DNA from: Octopus vulgaris
Taxonomy: Eukaryota
DNA length: 64,000 nt
Assembly (NCBI GenBank): GCA_951406725.2
Contig: OX597820.1
Coordinates: 73,966,001-74,030,000 of the forward strand
Direction of reading: 5' to 3'
In this document: positions 1-12,810 of the stretch, in pieces
Layout of the letters: each line of letters begins with the position of its first letter
Numbering within the stretch: the first letter of the stretch is position 1
Position numbers and translations under genes: made by a program
Notes under the pieces: model-generated
Databases searched by the model: none
What the model was told of the DNA's origin: nothing
Seen by the model: the letters and a program-made list of their open reading frames with translations, nothing else

Positions 1-442
1 CACCACCACCACCACCACCACCACCACCACCACCACAACCACCACCACCACAACACCACCACCACACCACCACCACCACAAACACCACAAACACCTAAAC
101 CAGCACCAGCAGCCCAACCAGTAGCAGCACCACCATCTACCACCACCGCCACCACCACAAAAAGCAAAACCACCTCAACCACCCACCCCAACACCACCAA
201 CCACTCCACCAATAACACCAAAACCACTTCCCTCTTCATGGCTACCGCATGTACCACCACCACCAGCACCACCGTTACCACAAAACGCAAACCACCACCA
301 TTACCACCACCACCACCACCACCACCACCATTACCACAAAAAGCAAAACCTCCACAACCACCCACCCCGCCACTCCATCACCAACACCAAAACCATTTCC
401 CTCTTCATGGCTCCCGCATACACCACCACCACCATCACCACC
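1..442. repeat. (CAC/CCA)n low-complexity tract with an internal ~180-bp duplication
   Basis: caccaccacc runs; 'accacaaaaagcaaaacc...ttccctcttcatggct' occurs at ~154-243 and again at ~333-412. Confidence 0.85.
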
Positions 443-619
443 TCTTATCTTACAAGCATAAGGCAATTATCTTCTTTTCCTGTGAAAGTATACGAGAATG
501 AGTGTTATGAAGGCCAATGCTTAGAAAGTCATTTACTATCGTTTTAACGACTTCAATTTTACTAATAACTCCTAAGAAAAAACGCAAACCTTTGACAGAA
601 CAGCAAAATAATCTCTACC

Positions 620-712
620 ACTTTGGGCAAGTGTCTTCTACTATAGAGTCGGGCCGACCAAAGCTTTGTGAGTGGATTTGGTAGACGGAAGCTGAAAAAA
701 GCTCGTCGTACA
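620..712 (+). mobile_element. SINE family B internal fragment
   Basis: ttgggcaagtgtcttctactatag...gtggatttggtagacggaa matches the copies at 10488 and 15484. Confidence 0.8.
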
Positions 713-1009
713 TATATATGTATAAGTATGTGTGTGTGTGTGTGTGTGTGAACGAAAAATTAATTCTAAAAATTTGAAAAAATTAATTATAATACAATAT
801 TGATATTAAAAAAAAAATTACAAGTTTTGTGGGGGTGGGGGTGGAATCATTTCAAGACAACACAATATGACACTGAGGGAACGTTTGGGGGAAGATAGTC
901 AGTGAGATAAATTATTACAGGCGAAAGGAATGTACTTATATGAAAAGTTGGACATACGATTTACATGATGTAACCAGGTCTTCGCACTCACACATGCATG
1001 AAGACTTTA

Positions 1010-1037
1010 ATACATATGAAATACATATACGCATGCA

Positions 1038-1073
<36 letters not shown>

Positions 1074-1175
1074 TATATGTATGTATAAATGTAAATACAC
1101 ACACATACATATATATATATATATACATATATGCATACATACATATATATATATAAATATATATATACATATATG

Positions 1176-1226
<51 letters not shown>

Positions 1227-1349
1227 ATGTATACAAATATATGTATATATATGTATACGTATACAAATATATATATATATATGTATGTATATGTATACAA
1301 ATATATATATATATATGTATGTATATGTATACAAATATATATACATACA

Positions 1350-1428
<79 letters not shown>
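1010..1428. repeat. Compound (TACA)n/(TA)n microsatellite
   Basis: Direct reading. Confidence 0.95.
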
Positions 1429-1433
<5 letters not shown>

Positions 1434-1592
1434 TCGCCATACTAATATGGCATTCTTATAAAAATAAGAATAAAGCTGTCCGCTTATTAGCTCCATGAGG
1501 CCATCGCCTTAAGTTAGCTATTTGATACACAAACTGTATCCATATAACCTTCGAACAAGGGAGGTCAGTCGCTCCACACTACTTGACCGGCA

Positions 1593-1634
1593 GCTACAGA
1601 CGCGTTTCGGGGTATTGCCCCTTTTCAATGCAGC
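1593..1634 (-). ncRNA. Minimal type I hammerhead ribozyme, U3-A8 core variant
   Basis: GCUGCA-UUGAAAA-GGGG caaua CCCC-GAAAC gc GUC-UGUAGC; stems I and II pair; ACGCGU palindromic stem III. Confidence 0.7.
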
Positions 1635-1998
1635 GTAGCCAGCCAGTAGGTGTCGCTGCATTGAAACGCGTCTGTAGCTGCCGGTCAAGTAGTGTGGAGC
1701 GACTGACCTCCCTTGTTCGAAGGTTATATGGATACAGTTTGTGTATCAAATAGCTAACTTAAGGCGATGGCCTCATGGAGCTAATAAGCGGACAGCTTTA
1801 TTCTTATTTTTATAAGAATGCCATATTAGTATGGCGATAACTATTATTTTCCGGGAACGCTGCCGCTGTTCTCTTTTAGAGAGACTTAGTAATTTTAATA
1901 TTTCTATTATTGAAAACAAGTGGATGTATTCCACCGAAACTAGGTAAATAAAACCATCGAACAGAGATTGTCGGAAGCGACACCTACTGGCTGGCTAC

Positions 1999-2041
1999 GC
2001 TGCATTGAAAAGGGGCAATACCCCCGAAACGCGTCTGTAGC
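1999..2041 (+). ncRNA. Minimal type I hammerhead ribozyme, U3-A8 core variant
   Basis: gctgca TTGAAAA gggg caatac cccc GAAAC gc GTC tgtagc; predicted cleavage after C2035. Confidence 0.7.
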
Positions 2042-2267
2042 TGCCGGTCAAGTAGTGTGGAGCGACTGACCTCCCTTGTTCGAAGGTTATATGGATACAG
2101 TTTGTGTATCAAATAGCTAACTTAAGGCGATGGCCTCATGGAGCTAATAAGCGGACAGCTTTATTCTTATTTTTATAAGAATGCCATATTAGTATGGCGA
2201 TAACTATTATTTTCCGGGAACGCTGCCGCTGTTCTCTTTTAGAGAGACTTAGTAATTTTAATATTTC

Positions 2268-2322
<55 letters not shown>

Positions 2323-2574
2323 ACCCAGAAACATGCATGTCTTCAGTTTGCTAGTCCTAGCTGGTGTGGGTGCTTGACTCCCCATTTGCAATATAAGGAC
2401 ACAGGAAATGTGTCAAAGCCGACAGGAAGCGTCGATGCTTCCTTGGGCTATATAGCGGTGGTGTAATTCCCTTTATGGGATTGTCACGTTATGTTTACAT
2501 TATACAACCACTCCATATAGGGAGAGTTTACGAAAAAGACAAAAGACGAACAAACAGATGTGTTAGTATAACGC

Positions 2575-2648
<74 letters not shown>

Positions 2649-3334
2649 CGTATGTGTACATGTGTATGTGAGGTTGCGTAAGAAAACCTAATCGTTTAAC
2701 TCGGAACTTACGAATTCAAAAGAATTCTTCGCTAAATACAGAGTATAAGAGTTCTATTTAATCTTCTCTTACAAAATGCATAATATTTCAGCTATTACCA
2801 ACGCTGTCTTAAAGAATGTTAGCTAAGCGCTAATCTTTCTTAATTACACCGCTCAAACATGCTGTATTTATTTCTGTTGTTAAAAATCTTCGTAAGGAAC
2901 AAAACCCACCTTTTCACACAACAGACTAAACTATTTTATGCTTGTTGTGTTTTTATGTCTCAGATAACACCCAAACATAAAGTTAAAATGTCACCTTCTT
3001 TACGAAAGAATCTTCCATTGGGACATTAAGAATTTTTTTATATCGTGAGTTATCTTTTCATGACTGTTTTATTTTTCACTTCGTGAATGTATACTACAAT
3101 GTTCAATCTATCTATTTTGTGTTCTTTTCTTACTATTTTTTCTTACTATTTTCTTACTATTTACACGTACCGCTGAGTAACTTTAATCATAGAGCGGTCA
3201 ATGTAGACAACCAATGAACGAACAAGTGGTAAAATTTTCAATTAAATCCTTAAAATCCTTAAAAATGTTTTAGCCCGAAGGCCGCGGCCATGCTGGGGCA
3301 CCACCGCTGGGGCACCAATTGTGTAGCATACTAT

Positions 3335-3712
3335 TTTACTCTTTTACTTGTTTCAGTCATTTGACTGCGGCTATGCTGGAGCACCGCCTTTAAGTCGAGC
3401 AGATCGACCCCAGGACTTATTCTTTGTAAGCCTAGTATTTATTCCATCACGCCCTTTTACTGAACCGCTAAGTTACGGGGACGTAAACACACCGTTGTCA
3501 AGCGATGTTGGGGGGACAAATACAGACATACAAATATATGCACACACATATATATATACATATATATATACACAAATATACGACAGGATTCTTTCAGTTT
3601 CCGTCTACCAAATCCAATCACAAGGCTATGGTTGACCCGAGGCTATAGTAGGAGATACTTGCCCAAGGTACCACGCAGTGGGACTGAACCCAGAACTATG
3701 TGGTTCGTAAGC
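3335..3712 (-). mobile_element. SINE family B (tRNA-like head, CORE-like ACCTTGGGCAAGT motif, LINE-like tail)
   Basis: Reverse complement of the copies at 10488/15484; tail GGCGGTGCTCCAGCATAGCCGCAGTCAAATGACTGAAAC. Confidence 0.85.
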
Positions 3713-3727
3713 AAAAGGGCGTGATGG

Positions 3728-3838
3728 AATAAGTACTAGGCTTACAAAGAATAAGTCCTGGGGTCGATCTGCTCGACCAAAGGCGGTGCTCCAGCATGGC
3801 CGCAGTCAAATGACTGAAACAAGTAAAAGAGTACAAGA
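3728..3838 (+). mobile_element. SINE family B 3' fragment
   Basis: aataagtactaggcttacaaagaataagtcctggggtcgat...cagtcaaatgactgaaacaag. Confidence 0.8.
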
Positions 3839-4349
3839 GTATACGTGTATATGTATGCCCTTGTATAACATATATAATTATATTTAGTCTTAGTCATGCA
3901 TCTATACATATCTGCATGTATGTGATTATGGGTACCTAGAGCAATGAATAATATTACAAATCCATCTCTGCTACCAGCAGTTATAAACTTCGCCACTGCT
4001 GACAGAATTACAGAACTGGAAATCATAATGTTTTTAATTCGTAAATCATTTTCTCAACATAATATATGATGTAACACATAGCTTTCACTTGTTTTATAAA
4101 ATGCTATAAATTAGTGTTTCTATATTCTCTTCCCTAATCGTCCGAATTTCCTCGTATTTCTGTTTCAGTATTATAAATCTCAAAAGTAATAAATAAAAAT
4201 TTTTTTGAAAATTTATTTTTTCCTTGATTTGTAGGACTCATAATTCCACTTACCCTGTTCCAATGGCGTGTACGTGACCAACATCTCAACATTCTCCTTG
4301 AACGGACACCGGTCCGTTGAAGAGTTCAAGATCAGTAATTTGTGAGGGG

Positions 4350-4530
4350 AGAGGAGAAGTTGATTACATCCACTCCTATACATGACTGGTGCTTGATTTT
4401 ATCAACCTCAAAGAGAGGAAAGGTAAAGTTGATCTCTGATGGATTTGAACTCAGGACGTAAAAACCCGGAAGAAAGGCTCCTAAGCATTTCGTCTAGTGT
4501 GTTAACAATTCTGCCAGCTCGCCGCCTTGC
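4350..4530 (-). mobile_element. SINE family A, diverged
   Basis: Reverse complement of the GGCGGCGAGCTGGCAGAA...GAGTTCAAAT head. Confidence 0.7.
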
Positions 4531-4553
4531 CACGCTTAATATAATATTAATAA

Positions 4554-5135
4554 GAGACGGCGAGCTGGCAGAAACGTTAACACGCCGGGCGAAATGCGTA
4601 GCCGTATTTCGTCTGTCGTTACGTTCTGAGTTCAAATTCCGCCGAGGTTGACTTTGCCTTTCATCCTTCCGGGGTCGATAAATTAAGTACCAGTTACGCA
4701 CTGGGGTCGATATAATCGACTTAATCCACCTGTCGGTCCTTGTTTGTCCTCTCTATGTTTAGCCCCTTGTGGGTAGTAAAGAAATAGGTATATCGTCTGC
4801 CGTTACGTTCTGAGTTCAAATTCCACCGAGGCCGACTTTGCCTTTAATCCTTTCGGGGTCGATAAATTAAGTACCAGTTACGCACTGGGGTCGATATAAT
4901 CGACTTAATCCGTTTGTCTGTCCTTGTTTGTCCCCTCTGTTTAGCCCCTTGTGGGCAATAAAGAAATAAGAAACGTTAGCACGCCGGGCAAAATGCTTAG
5001 AGGTATTTCGTCTGTCTTTAGGTTCTGAGTTTAAATTCCGCCGAGGTCGACTTTGCCTTTTATCCTTTCAGGGTCGATCTAATCGACTGGCCCCCTCCAC
5101 CAAGAATCTCGGGCCTTGTGCCTAGAGTAGGAAAG
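4554..5135 (+). mobile_element. SINE family A (Deu/Nin-like core) with internal tandem repeats
   Basis: Head GGCGAGCTGGCAGAA, B-box-like GAGTTCAAATTCC, core GCCTTTCATCCTTTCGGGGTCGATAAATTAAGTACCAG present 3x; TSD aatataatattaataa. Confidence 0.85.
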
Positions 5136-5644
5136 AATATAATATTAATAACTATATAATATTAATAACTAAATAAATAATATTACGACAATATCAGCAA
5201 ATTATGAGTTTTAAAGCGTAAGAGTTCCACTTGAGTGAAGCTAACGTCTTGATACCATTTCAAGTGGTCTTTTGTTCTTTCTTTTGGCCGATTTACATCC
5301 TTATTTATGACAAGACACTTCCCGTTGTGCTAAAATGAATTCTCTGTAATATGTGTCAGGATGTTAATTCCAAGAAATAGTTGTCGTTGGTGGTGATCAT
5401 GTCTCTACGTGGTCGCCGGAACTGCTAAAAAGAATAGCCAAATTTCCTTCAATATATCGTCTTAAACCCCGCCCCCCTAAAAAAAAAATCAGAAATACAT
5501 AGGCGCATGTATGGCTGTGCAGTTAGCATGTTCGCTTTGTAACTACATGGCTTCGTGTTCGGTTCCACTGGGTGACAACTTTGGTTACAGTAAAACCTGA
5601 TTAATGCTTTGTGATTGAATTTAGGTAGATGGAAACTATGTGGA

Positions 5645-6400
5645 TACTTTGAGTTGCTGGAAACAGTTGTTAAGTCCTGGATGAATGAAGTACGCAAAGG
5701 AAGGCAAAAAAAGTTTCAATAAGACTTACATAACCCAAAAGGCGGCAAGATAACAGAAACGTTTGCACGCTGGGCGAAATGCTTAACGGTATTTCATCTG
5801 CCGCTACGTTCTGAGTTCAAATTTCGGCAAGGTGGACTTTGCCTTTCATCCTTTCGGGGTCGATTAAATAAGTATCAGTTACGCACTGGGGTCAATATAA
5901 TCGACTTAATCCGTTTGTATGTCCTTGTTTGTCGCCTCTGTGTGTAGCCCCTTGTGGGTAGTAAAGAAATAGAAATAGGTATGTTGTCTGTCTTTACGTT
6001 CTCAGTTCAAATTCCACCGAGGTCGATTTTGCCTTTTATCCTTTCGGGATCGATAAATTAAGTACCAGTTGCGTAGTGCAATCGATCTAATCGACTGGTT
6101 CCCTCCCCCAAAATCTCGGGCCCTGTGCCTAGAGTAGAAAAGAATTTACATAACCCAAGAATGGAAGTAAGGCAAACTTTACGATTATGTAACACCAAAC
6201 TTGCGACCTCCAAACTCGCCACATTTAAATCCCATGGACTACTGAGGCTGGAGCGTTGTTGAAAAGGAGACTAAACGACATCCTCTCTATGCCATAGCTT
6301 CACTGAAAGTTCTCATTGACCAGATAATGTCTAAAATGAATAAGGACTATTTAGTGCAGGCATGTCAGCGTTTCCGGTTCCGCATAAAAACTGAAAGCCC
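5645..6400 (+). pseudogene. Tc1/mariner-superfamily (DD37D/maT-like) transposase C-terminal remnant, interrupted by a SINE
   Basis: Translates as LLETVVKSWMNEVRKGR...PPNSPHLNPMDY*GWSVVEKET...LVQACQRFRFRI, matching the WPPNSPDLNPxDY motif. Confidence 0.6.
5739..6145 (+). mobile_element. SINE family A with 13-bp TSD
   Basis: ttacataacccaa at 5726-5738 and 6146-6158. Confidence 0.85.
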
Positions 6401-6509
6401 ATAGAGAACATGTGCAAAATATTTTTTATTAAAATACATATGGTGTTTATCAGATTAGAGTTATTTTATCAATTTATTAAATCCTTAAACACATCTCACT
6501 TCCTATATA

Positions 6510-7768
6510 CACAGACACGAAGGAAGTAAATAGACACGTTTAATTTTCAAAATCTTTTATTTAATACGTGAAGCGAACAATTGAAATGTAATCGATAGGT
6601 AGGACTACATACTTTAGTATTTAGTTGACATTCCCGTTGCAGTTTTTAATTCAGAAACTCTTTTTGGCATTGAACTGATTAGCTTTGTGATTGTCTCTTG
6701 TGAAATTTCTGCCCACTTTTCACGCAACAATCAAAAGAATTCATCTTTAGATTCAGGTTTCTGACGAGTTTTTCGTACAGCTCTATCTAGTGTGCTCCAA
6801 AAATTTTCAATTGGGTTCATGTCAAGAGATTGGATCGGTCAAGGAAGCTTTTTGATCCCATTTTAAGTCAGCCATTGTTGATTCCTTTTTGCTGTGTGGT
6901 ATGGAGCCCAATCTTCCATGAATAAAAACTAATTTTTCGTTATATTATCGTGTGAATACATCGGAAGTAGTCCTTGCTTAAGTATTTCGATGTATATTTC
7001 AGAGTTTATAGTTCCAACACATTCGATCAGCTCAGAACATTCATTGCTGGTGACAGATCCCCATACCATCACAGAGATACCGCCATGTTCTACAGTTGGT
7101 TGGAGTTGTTTCAAATCAAACGACCCAAACACGTCCACTGTCTGAAAATAATGCAAATCTGGATTCTTCTGAGAAAATCACCCTATCCCAAAAGGAACTG
7201 GATTTTTCTGACATCTCCTTAGCCCATTTCTTTCTTTTCATGATATTAATTGGTTTAAGGAGAGGTTTTCTTCTAGCTGCTCATCCATAATACCCAAGCT
7301 TATGCAGATATATAACACACGTTCTTGGACTAACTTATAGCTGTTTTGCAATGTCAGAAGCCTTTGAACGGGGTTCGTGTTTCGCAATTCTCTTCAAACA
7401 GCGAAGCTTCCTTTCCGAGGGCCCAGTTCGGCTAGGACGAGAATCTGTTGATTCTTTTCCTTGGCTTTTGAATTGCACTATAATTCTATTAACAGTAGCA
7501 AGATGAATTTTGAAGATTTTCGGCAATTTTTTCGATGGCTAAGACCAACCTCAGATTCCCCAACATTACGACCTCTTTGAAAATCTGATAGTTCTGCTGA
7601 ATTTTTTGTGTGTGGCATGGTTACTCTTCCCAAATGTTTAATATAATGGCACCTGGAATGAAAAAGAGTAATTACATCGTAAATTCTACACCGCTGAAAA
7701 CATATTAAGACGCTTAGATAAGAAATTTTGAAAATTAAAGGCGTCTATTTACTTGCTGCATGTCTATG
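6510..7768 (-). mobile_element. Tc1-like DNA transposon, full length, transposase frameshifted (~7619-6614)
   Basis: ~50-bp imperfect TIRs (cacagacacgaaggaagtaaatagac / gtctatttacttgctgcatgtctatg), TA flanks; peptides ELSDFQRG, PTVEHGGISVMVWG, EDWAPYH, DMNPIENFW. Confidence 0.85.
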
Positions 7769-8010
7769 TATAAATATATCTTTGAGACACATACACATAT
7801 TTCAGGCAGTTATTTTCAAAGCACACCTTTCCTTATCAGAACAACGCGTTGCTGGTGTGACATCACTTATCTTCTAGTACAATTATTTAGTTATGTGAAG
7901 TAGGGGTGTGTCATCACACAGGACATCAATCATCACTGCCATGAATTATGTCTCGAGGTAGATTAAATATCTGATAAACATACATACACGCATATGCATA
8001 CATACCTGCT

Positions 8011-8041
<31 letters not shown>

Positions 8042-8199
8042 GTATGTAAGTATGGATGTGTATGTATGTAAACATGGATGGATGGATGCGTGCATCTATC
8101 TGTCGGTCTGTCTGTCTGTCACACGTGCAAACGTACGTATATGACCTGTTTCTCTCATATTCTCCTGATTACACGTGATGACAGTTATATATTTTCCGT

Positions 8200-8615
8200 T
8201 ATAATAATAATGAGAATAGGAAGCTGGACATAGTCTTAATTGAGAAAGAAAACAAACCATGCTGGATCATAGATATAGCATGCCCAGCTGACAACAAGGT
8301 ATGCGATAAGGAAGAAAGAAAAGTCGAGAGATATGACAGGTTAGCTTGGGAAGTTAAGCAGTTGTGGTCGATGGAAAAGTTAGCAGTAGTACCAATAATT
8401 GTTGGAGCCTGGGAACAGTGAGCAAAAATTTCGAGAAGTACGTGGAACGAATAGGGGTTGCAATAAGGGTGGGGCACTTGCAGAAACCAGCACTGCTTGG
8501 AACCGCTCGAATACTCCGAAGGTGCTCGAAAAATAAGAGGTGTTACATTAGTTCACGAGTAACGAACAGCTGACACCGTAGTACATCTCCAGCGTTAGAA
8601 GCTATGCAAAGGTAA
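8200..8615 (+). mobile_element. 3' end of a Dong/R4-like non-LTR retrotransposon (restriction-like endonuclease)
   Basis: NRKLDIVLIEKENKPCWIIDIACPAD...KVERYDRLAWEVKQLW...VVPIIVGA and LQKPALLGTARILR; flanked by TAA repeats. Confidence 0.75.
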
Positions 8616-8617
8616 TA

Positions 8618-8706
<89 letters not shown>
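8613..8706. repeat. (TAA)n microsatellite
   Basis: Direct reading. Confidence 0.95.
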
Positions 8707-8708
<2 letters not shown>

Positions 8709-8879
8709 TTTTCTTTTTTAACCACAAAGGTTTACACTAAGAAAAGCATTATGGACAGTACAGGACAAAACAAAAAAATGTGTGTGTGTATGTGTGTGTG
8801 TGTGTGTGTGAGTGTGTATTGTTAGGATATTGCATGTAAACAAGACCAACAAGAAAGTTCTCCGGAAAAGAGTGACTAG

Positions 8880-9655
8880 CTGATCAAGGTTTCCCCAAGG
8901 ACGTCGTCACACTTTTCCTCCACTAACCCTCTATAAAAAGCTAAAAACGGACGTTCCACCAATCGCACTGTCCGCTTGGCTGATGGTTGTGAGTGCTTGT
9001 AGACATTCCACTTTCTAAATGCTCACCCCGGGTGTCTGTTTTAACCAGGACTGCAGCTCCGTTAAAGAAACTAGGTGCGGAAATACGTGTCTGGCGAACA
9101 CACCTGTTCCTCGTCAAGGAAGCACTAAAGATGTAGTCCCAGCGCCTGTCTGCGCATCATCAACCACGGCATGCCCAGGCCATCACGCAGCGGGTGCTTA
9201 TAGCAAATAGACCGTCTGACCATCGGGATGCGTCCCTTCCAGAAGAAGCGGAAGAATATACGCTCCAGCCTAATCAGACGGTGGCCAGGACAAGGCACGA
9301 CGGTCAAGCGATGGTAGATGACGGATGCGATATGCACGTTATCTACCTCCGCCCAACTTTTCAGGGATAGCTTTCTCTCAGCCCATTTCTGGGTGAGAGT
9401 AGTCACCATACTCGTTACCTTGTCCCAGTTTTTGTCCCATCAAGAGGTTCGGACCGAATCAGACCTCAAGTAATTTAACCGGTTCGCCTGTCCAGCGGCC
9501 AACGACGTAGTTAGACGACTTGCTTCTCCAGGTGCCGAGCCGCAAGTCCACTGATTTTTCCTGGTTAACTGTTGCTCCTGAAACCGCCTCGTAGTCCCTG
9601 ATATCGGTGCCGATCATTTCTATATGTTTATGAACCGACACCAATACGGTAATAA
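8880..9655 (-). pseudogene. Tx1/L1-clade LINE ORF2 fragment (post-RT region)
   Basis: YEAVSGATVNQEKS; KWAERKLSLKSWAEV...FFRFFWKG...HPLRDGLGMP resemble Tx1 RT-thumb motifs. Confidence 0.65.
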
Positions 9656-10070
9656 TTCTTTCTACAAAAGGCACAAAGCCTAAAGTTTTAGGAGGAGGGT
9701 ATGGGTCGATTACATCATCTCCAATATTTCACTGGTACTTAATTTATCGACCCCGAAAGGATGATGATGTTCTCTCCCGTCGCAGACGATGTATGGGTGT
9801 TCAGCTTTTGCTGAACGACCAGGGACAATAGATTTTGCATCCATACAAGTCTCTATTTGCTATGGCGCTGAAGGAGTTTAAAGTTTAAATTATCTTAATG
9901 TTATTAAATATGGCAGTTTGTCCGTCCTTTCCCAAATCTAACAGGTACTTACCAATGAACCTGATACTCTTATTTTCAACGATTTTGTTCAAAACAAGGC
10001 TTCAGGTCACCGTTGACTAAAGGACTACTAAGAAGAAAAAGAAGCGGCCTACAAATTCAGATGTTTATTT

Positions 10071-10401
10071 GGTGCGGGAGTGGCTGTGTGGTAAGTAGCT
10101 TGCTTACCCACCTCATGGTTCCAGGTTCAGTCCCACTCCGTAACACTTTGGGCAAGTGTCTTCTACTATAGCCTCGGGCCGACCAAGCTTTCTGAGTGGA
10201 TTTGGTAGAGGGAAACTGAAAGAAGACCGTCGTATATATACAGGGATGACTGTGTGATAAGTAACTTCCTTACCAACTACATGATTCCAGGTTCAGTCCC
10301 ACTGCGTGGCACCTTGGTAAGTGTCTTCTACTATAGCCTTTGGTCAACCAAAGCCTTGTGAGTGGATTTGGTAGGCGGAAACTGAAAGAAGCCCGTCGTA
10401 C

Positions 10402-10445
<44 letters not shown>

Positions 10446-10910
10446 TTATGTATGTATGTATGTATAGATATATGTGTGTTTATATATAGGAGTGGCTGTG
10501 TGGTAAGTAGCTTGCTTACGAACCACATGGTTCCGGATTCAGTTCCACTGCGTGGCACCTTAGGCAAGTGTCTTCTACTATAGCCTCGGGCCGACCAAAG
10601 ACTTGTGAGTGGATTTGGTAGACGGAAACTGAAAGAAGCCCGTCGTCCATATGTATGTGTATGTATGTATGTATGTATGTATGTATGTATGTATGTATGT
10701 ATGTATGTATGTATGTGTGTGTATATGTTTGTGTGTCTGTGTTTGTCCCCACAACATCGCTTGACAATCGATGTTGGTGTGTTTACGTCCCCGTGACTTA
10801 ACGGTTCGGCAAAAGAAGCCGATAGAATAAATACTAGGTTCATAAAGAATAAGTCGTGGGGTCGATTTGCTTGACTAAAGGCGGTGCTCCAGTATGGAAA
10901 CAAATAAAAG
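10071..10910 (+). mobile_element. Cluster of three SINE family B copies (10071, ~10245, 10488)
   Basis: Repeated GTGTGGTAAGTAGCTTGC...GGTTCAGTCCCACTGCGTGGCACCTTGG heads with internal (TATG)n. Confidence 0.85.
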
Positions 10911-11162
10911 AAAAAAATAAATAGAAAATGGACATCGTGACACAGATACTCGATGAAATAAAGGTGTAAAATGATTTTTCTTGTACTTTTTGCTTCTGTC
11001 AGCCAATGAACTGCGGCCATGCTGGAGCATCACCTTAAAGGTTTAGTTAAGTTTGATATGTATTCTCTCGATCTTGCTGAATTGCTGAGCTGCTAAGTTA
11101 TGGCGACACAAACCAGCATCGGACATCAAGCGGCGGAGGAGGAGGCGAACACAAACGCAATA

Positions 11163-11218
<56 letters not shown>

Positions 11219-11509
11219 ATACACTCACACATGCGCACGCACACACACACACACGTATATGATGGGGTTCCACGTACTTTCCATCAACTGAATCCACTCA
11301 CAAGACATTAATCAAGTGTGTGTGTGAGGGTGGTGGTGGTGGGGATATATAGTAAAAGACAATTGCACGTGCACATATGCAAATATATATATATATATAT
11401 ATGCATGTGTGTAAGTGTGTGTGTGCGTGTGCGTGTGTGTGTAAACGTGTGGTGTATATACCGATCTGTGTGCAACATGTCTCTCTTATTCCTTTGTTTC
11501 CCCCTCTCT

Positions 11510-11860
<351 letters not shown>

Positions 11861-11869
11861 ACATGGGAA

Positions 11870-12128
11870 ACACTCCGTCGGTTACGACGATGAGGGTTCC
11901 GGTTGATCCGAATCAACGGAACAGCCTGCTCGTGAAATTAACGTGTAAGTGGCTGAGCACTCCACAGACACGTGCGCCCTTAACGTAGTTCTCGGGGATA
12001 TTCAGCGTGACACAGAGAGTGACAAGGCCGGCCCCTTGAAATACAGGTACAACAGAAACAGGAAGTAAGAGTGAGAGAAAGTTGTGGTGAAAGAGTACAG
12101 CAGGGATTACCACCATCCCCTGCCGGAG
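11870..12128 (-). mobile_element. SINE family C 3' part (tRNA-Arg-like family)
   Basis: Reverse complement of 58060-58312. Confidence 0.8.
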
Positions 12129-12184
12129 CATATATACATACATATATGTACATTCCTACATAAATATGTATATATACATGCATA

Positions 12185-12374
12185 TGTGAGTACGGGACGT
12201 CAAAAATACGTGAACAAAATGAAAAACGAGAACATAAAAAAACAACAAAAACATGGAAAACGAACTTTTTTTCGGACAACGAAAGAAGTAAATAGAGAAA
12301 CGAGACAGGCAACATAAAGAACATTCCCTTCATTAGATGTCCCCTGTTTTATCCATTGCGCGTTTCGAGGTTAG

Positions 12375-12378
<4 letters not shown>
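12185..12378. repeat. Microsatellite-associated dispersed repeat (related copies ~12550, ~17225, ~62870; 31190 shares the distal part of 62870)
   Basis: Shared ggacgtcacaaa...aagaacgacccttcatcag...gtttcgag pattern. Confidence 0.55.
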
Positions 12379-12473
<95 letters not shown>

Positions 12474-12657
12474 TTAAACAATAAATTAATATATGCATAA
12501 ATGCATACATATATGTACATACCTACATATATATGTATATAACATGCATATATGGGTACAGGACATCAAAGAAACGTTGAACACAATGAGGAAGGAAAAC
12601 ATAAAAACAAAAACGTAGAAACGAAGTTTTCTCGAACAACGATATACATGTATATAC

Positions 12658-12711
<54 letters not shown>

Positions 12712-12771
12712 ATATATTGATATATGTATATATACGTTTATCATGAATATGAGTGTGTATATATATATGCA

Positions 12772-12809
<38 letters not shown>

Positions 12810-12810
<1 letters not shown>

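Larger units (their letters stand above)
1429..2273. mobile_element. Non-autonomous Penelope-type/retrozyme-like insertion: inverted arm (1429-1657) plus ~1.7 tandem 363-bp units
   Basis: 1429-1608 is the reverse complement of 1663-1843; 1663-1910 recurs at 2026-2273; (TA)n on both sides; contains HHR motifs. Confidence 0.8.

Noticed and set aside
1-440. Telomere-like repeat or proline/histidine-rich exon
   Set aside because: Degenerate (CCA)n rather than TTAGGG; no splice or domain support.
936-1498. Numerous YI/HT/CV-repeat ORFs here and throughout the window
   Set aside because: Translations of (TA)n, (CA)n and (TACA)n microsatellites.
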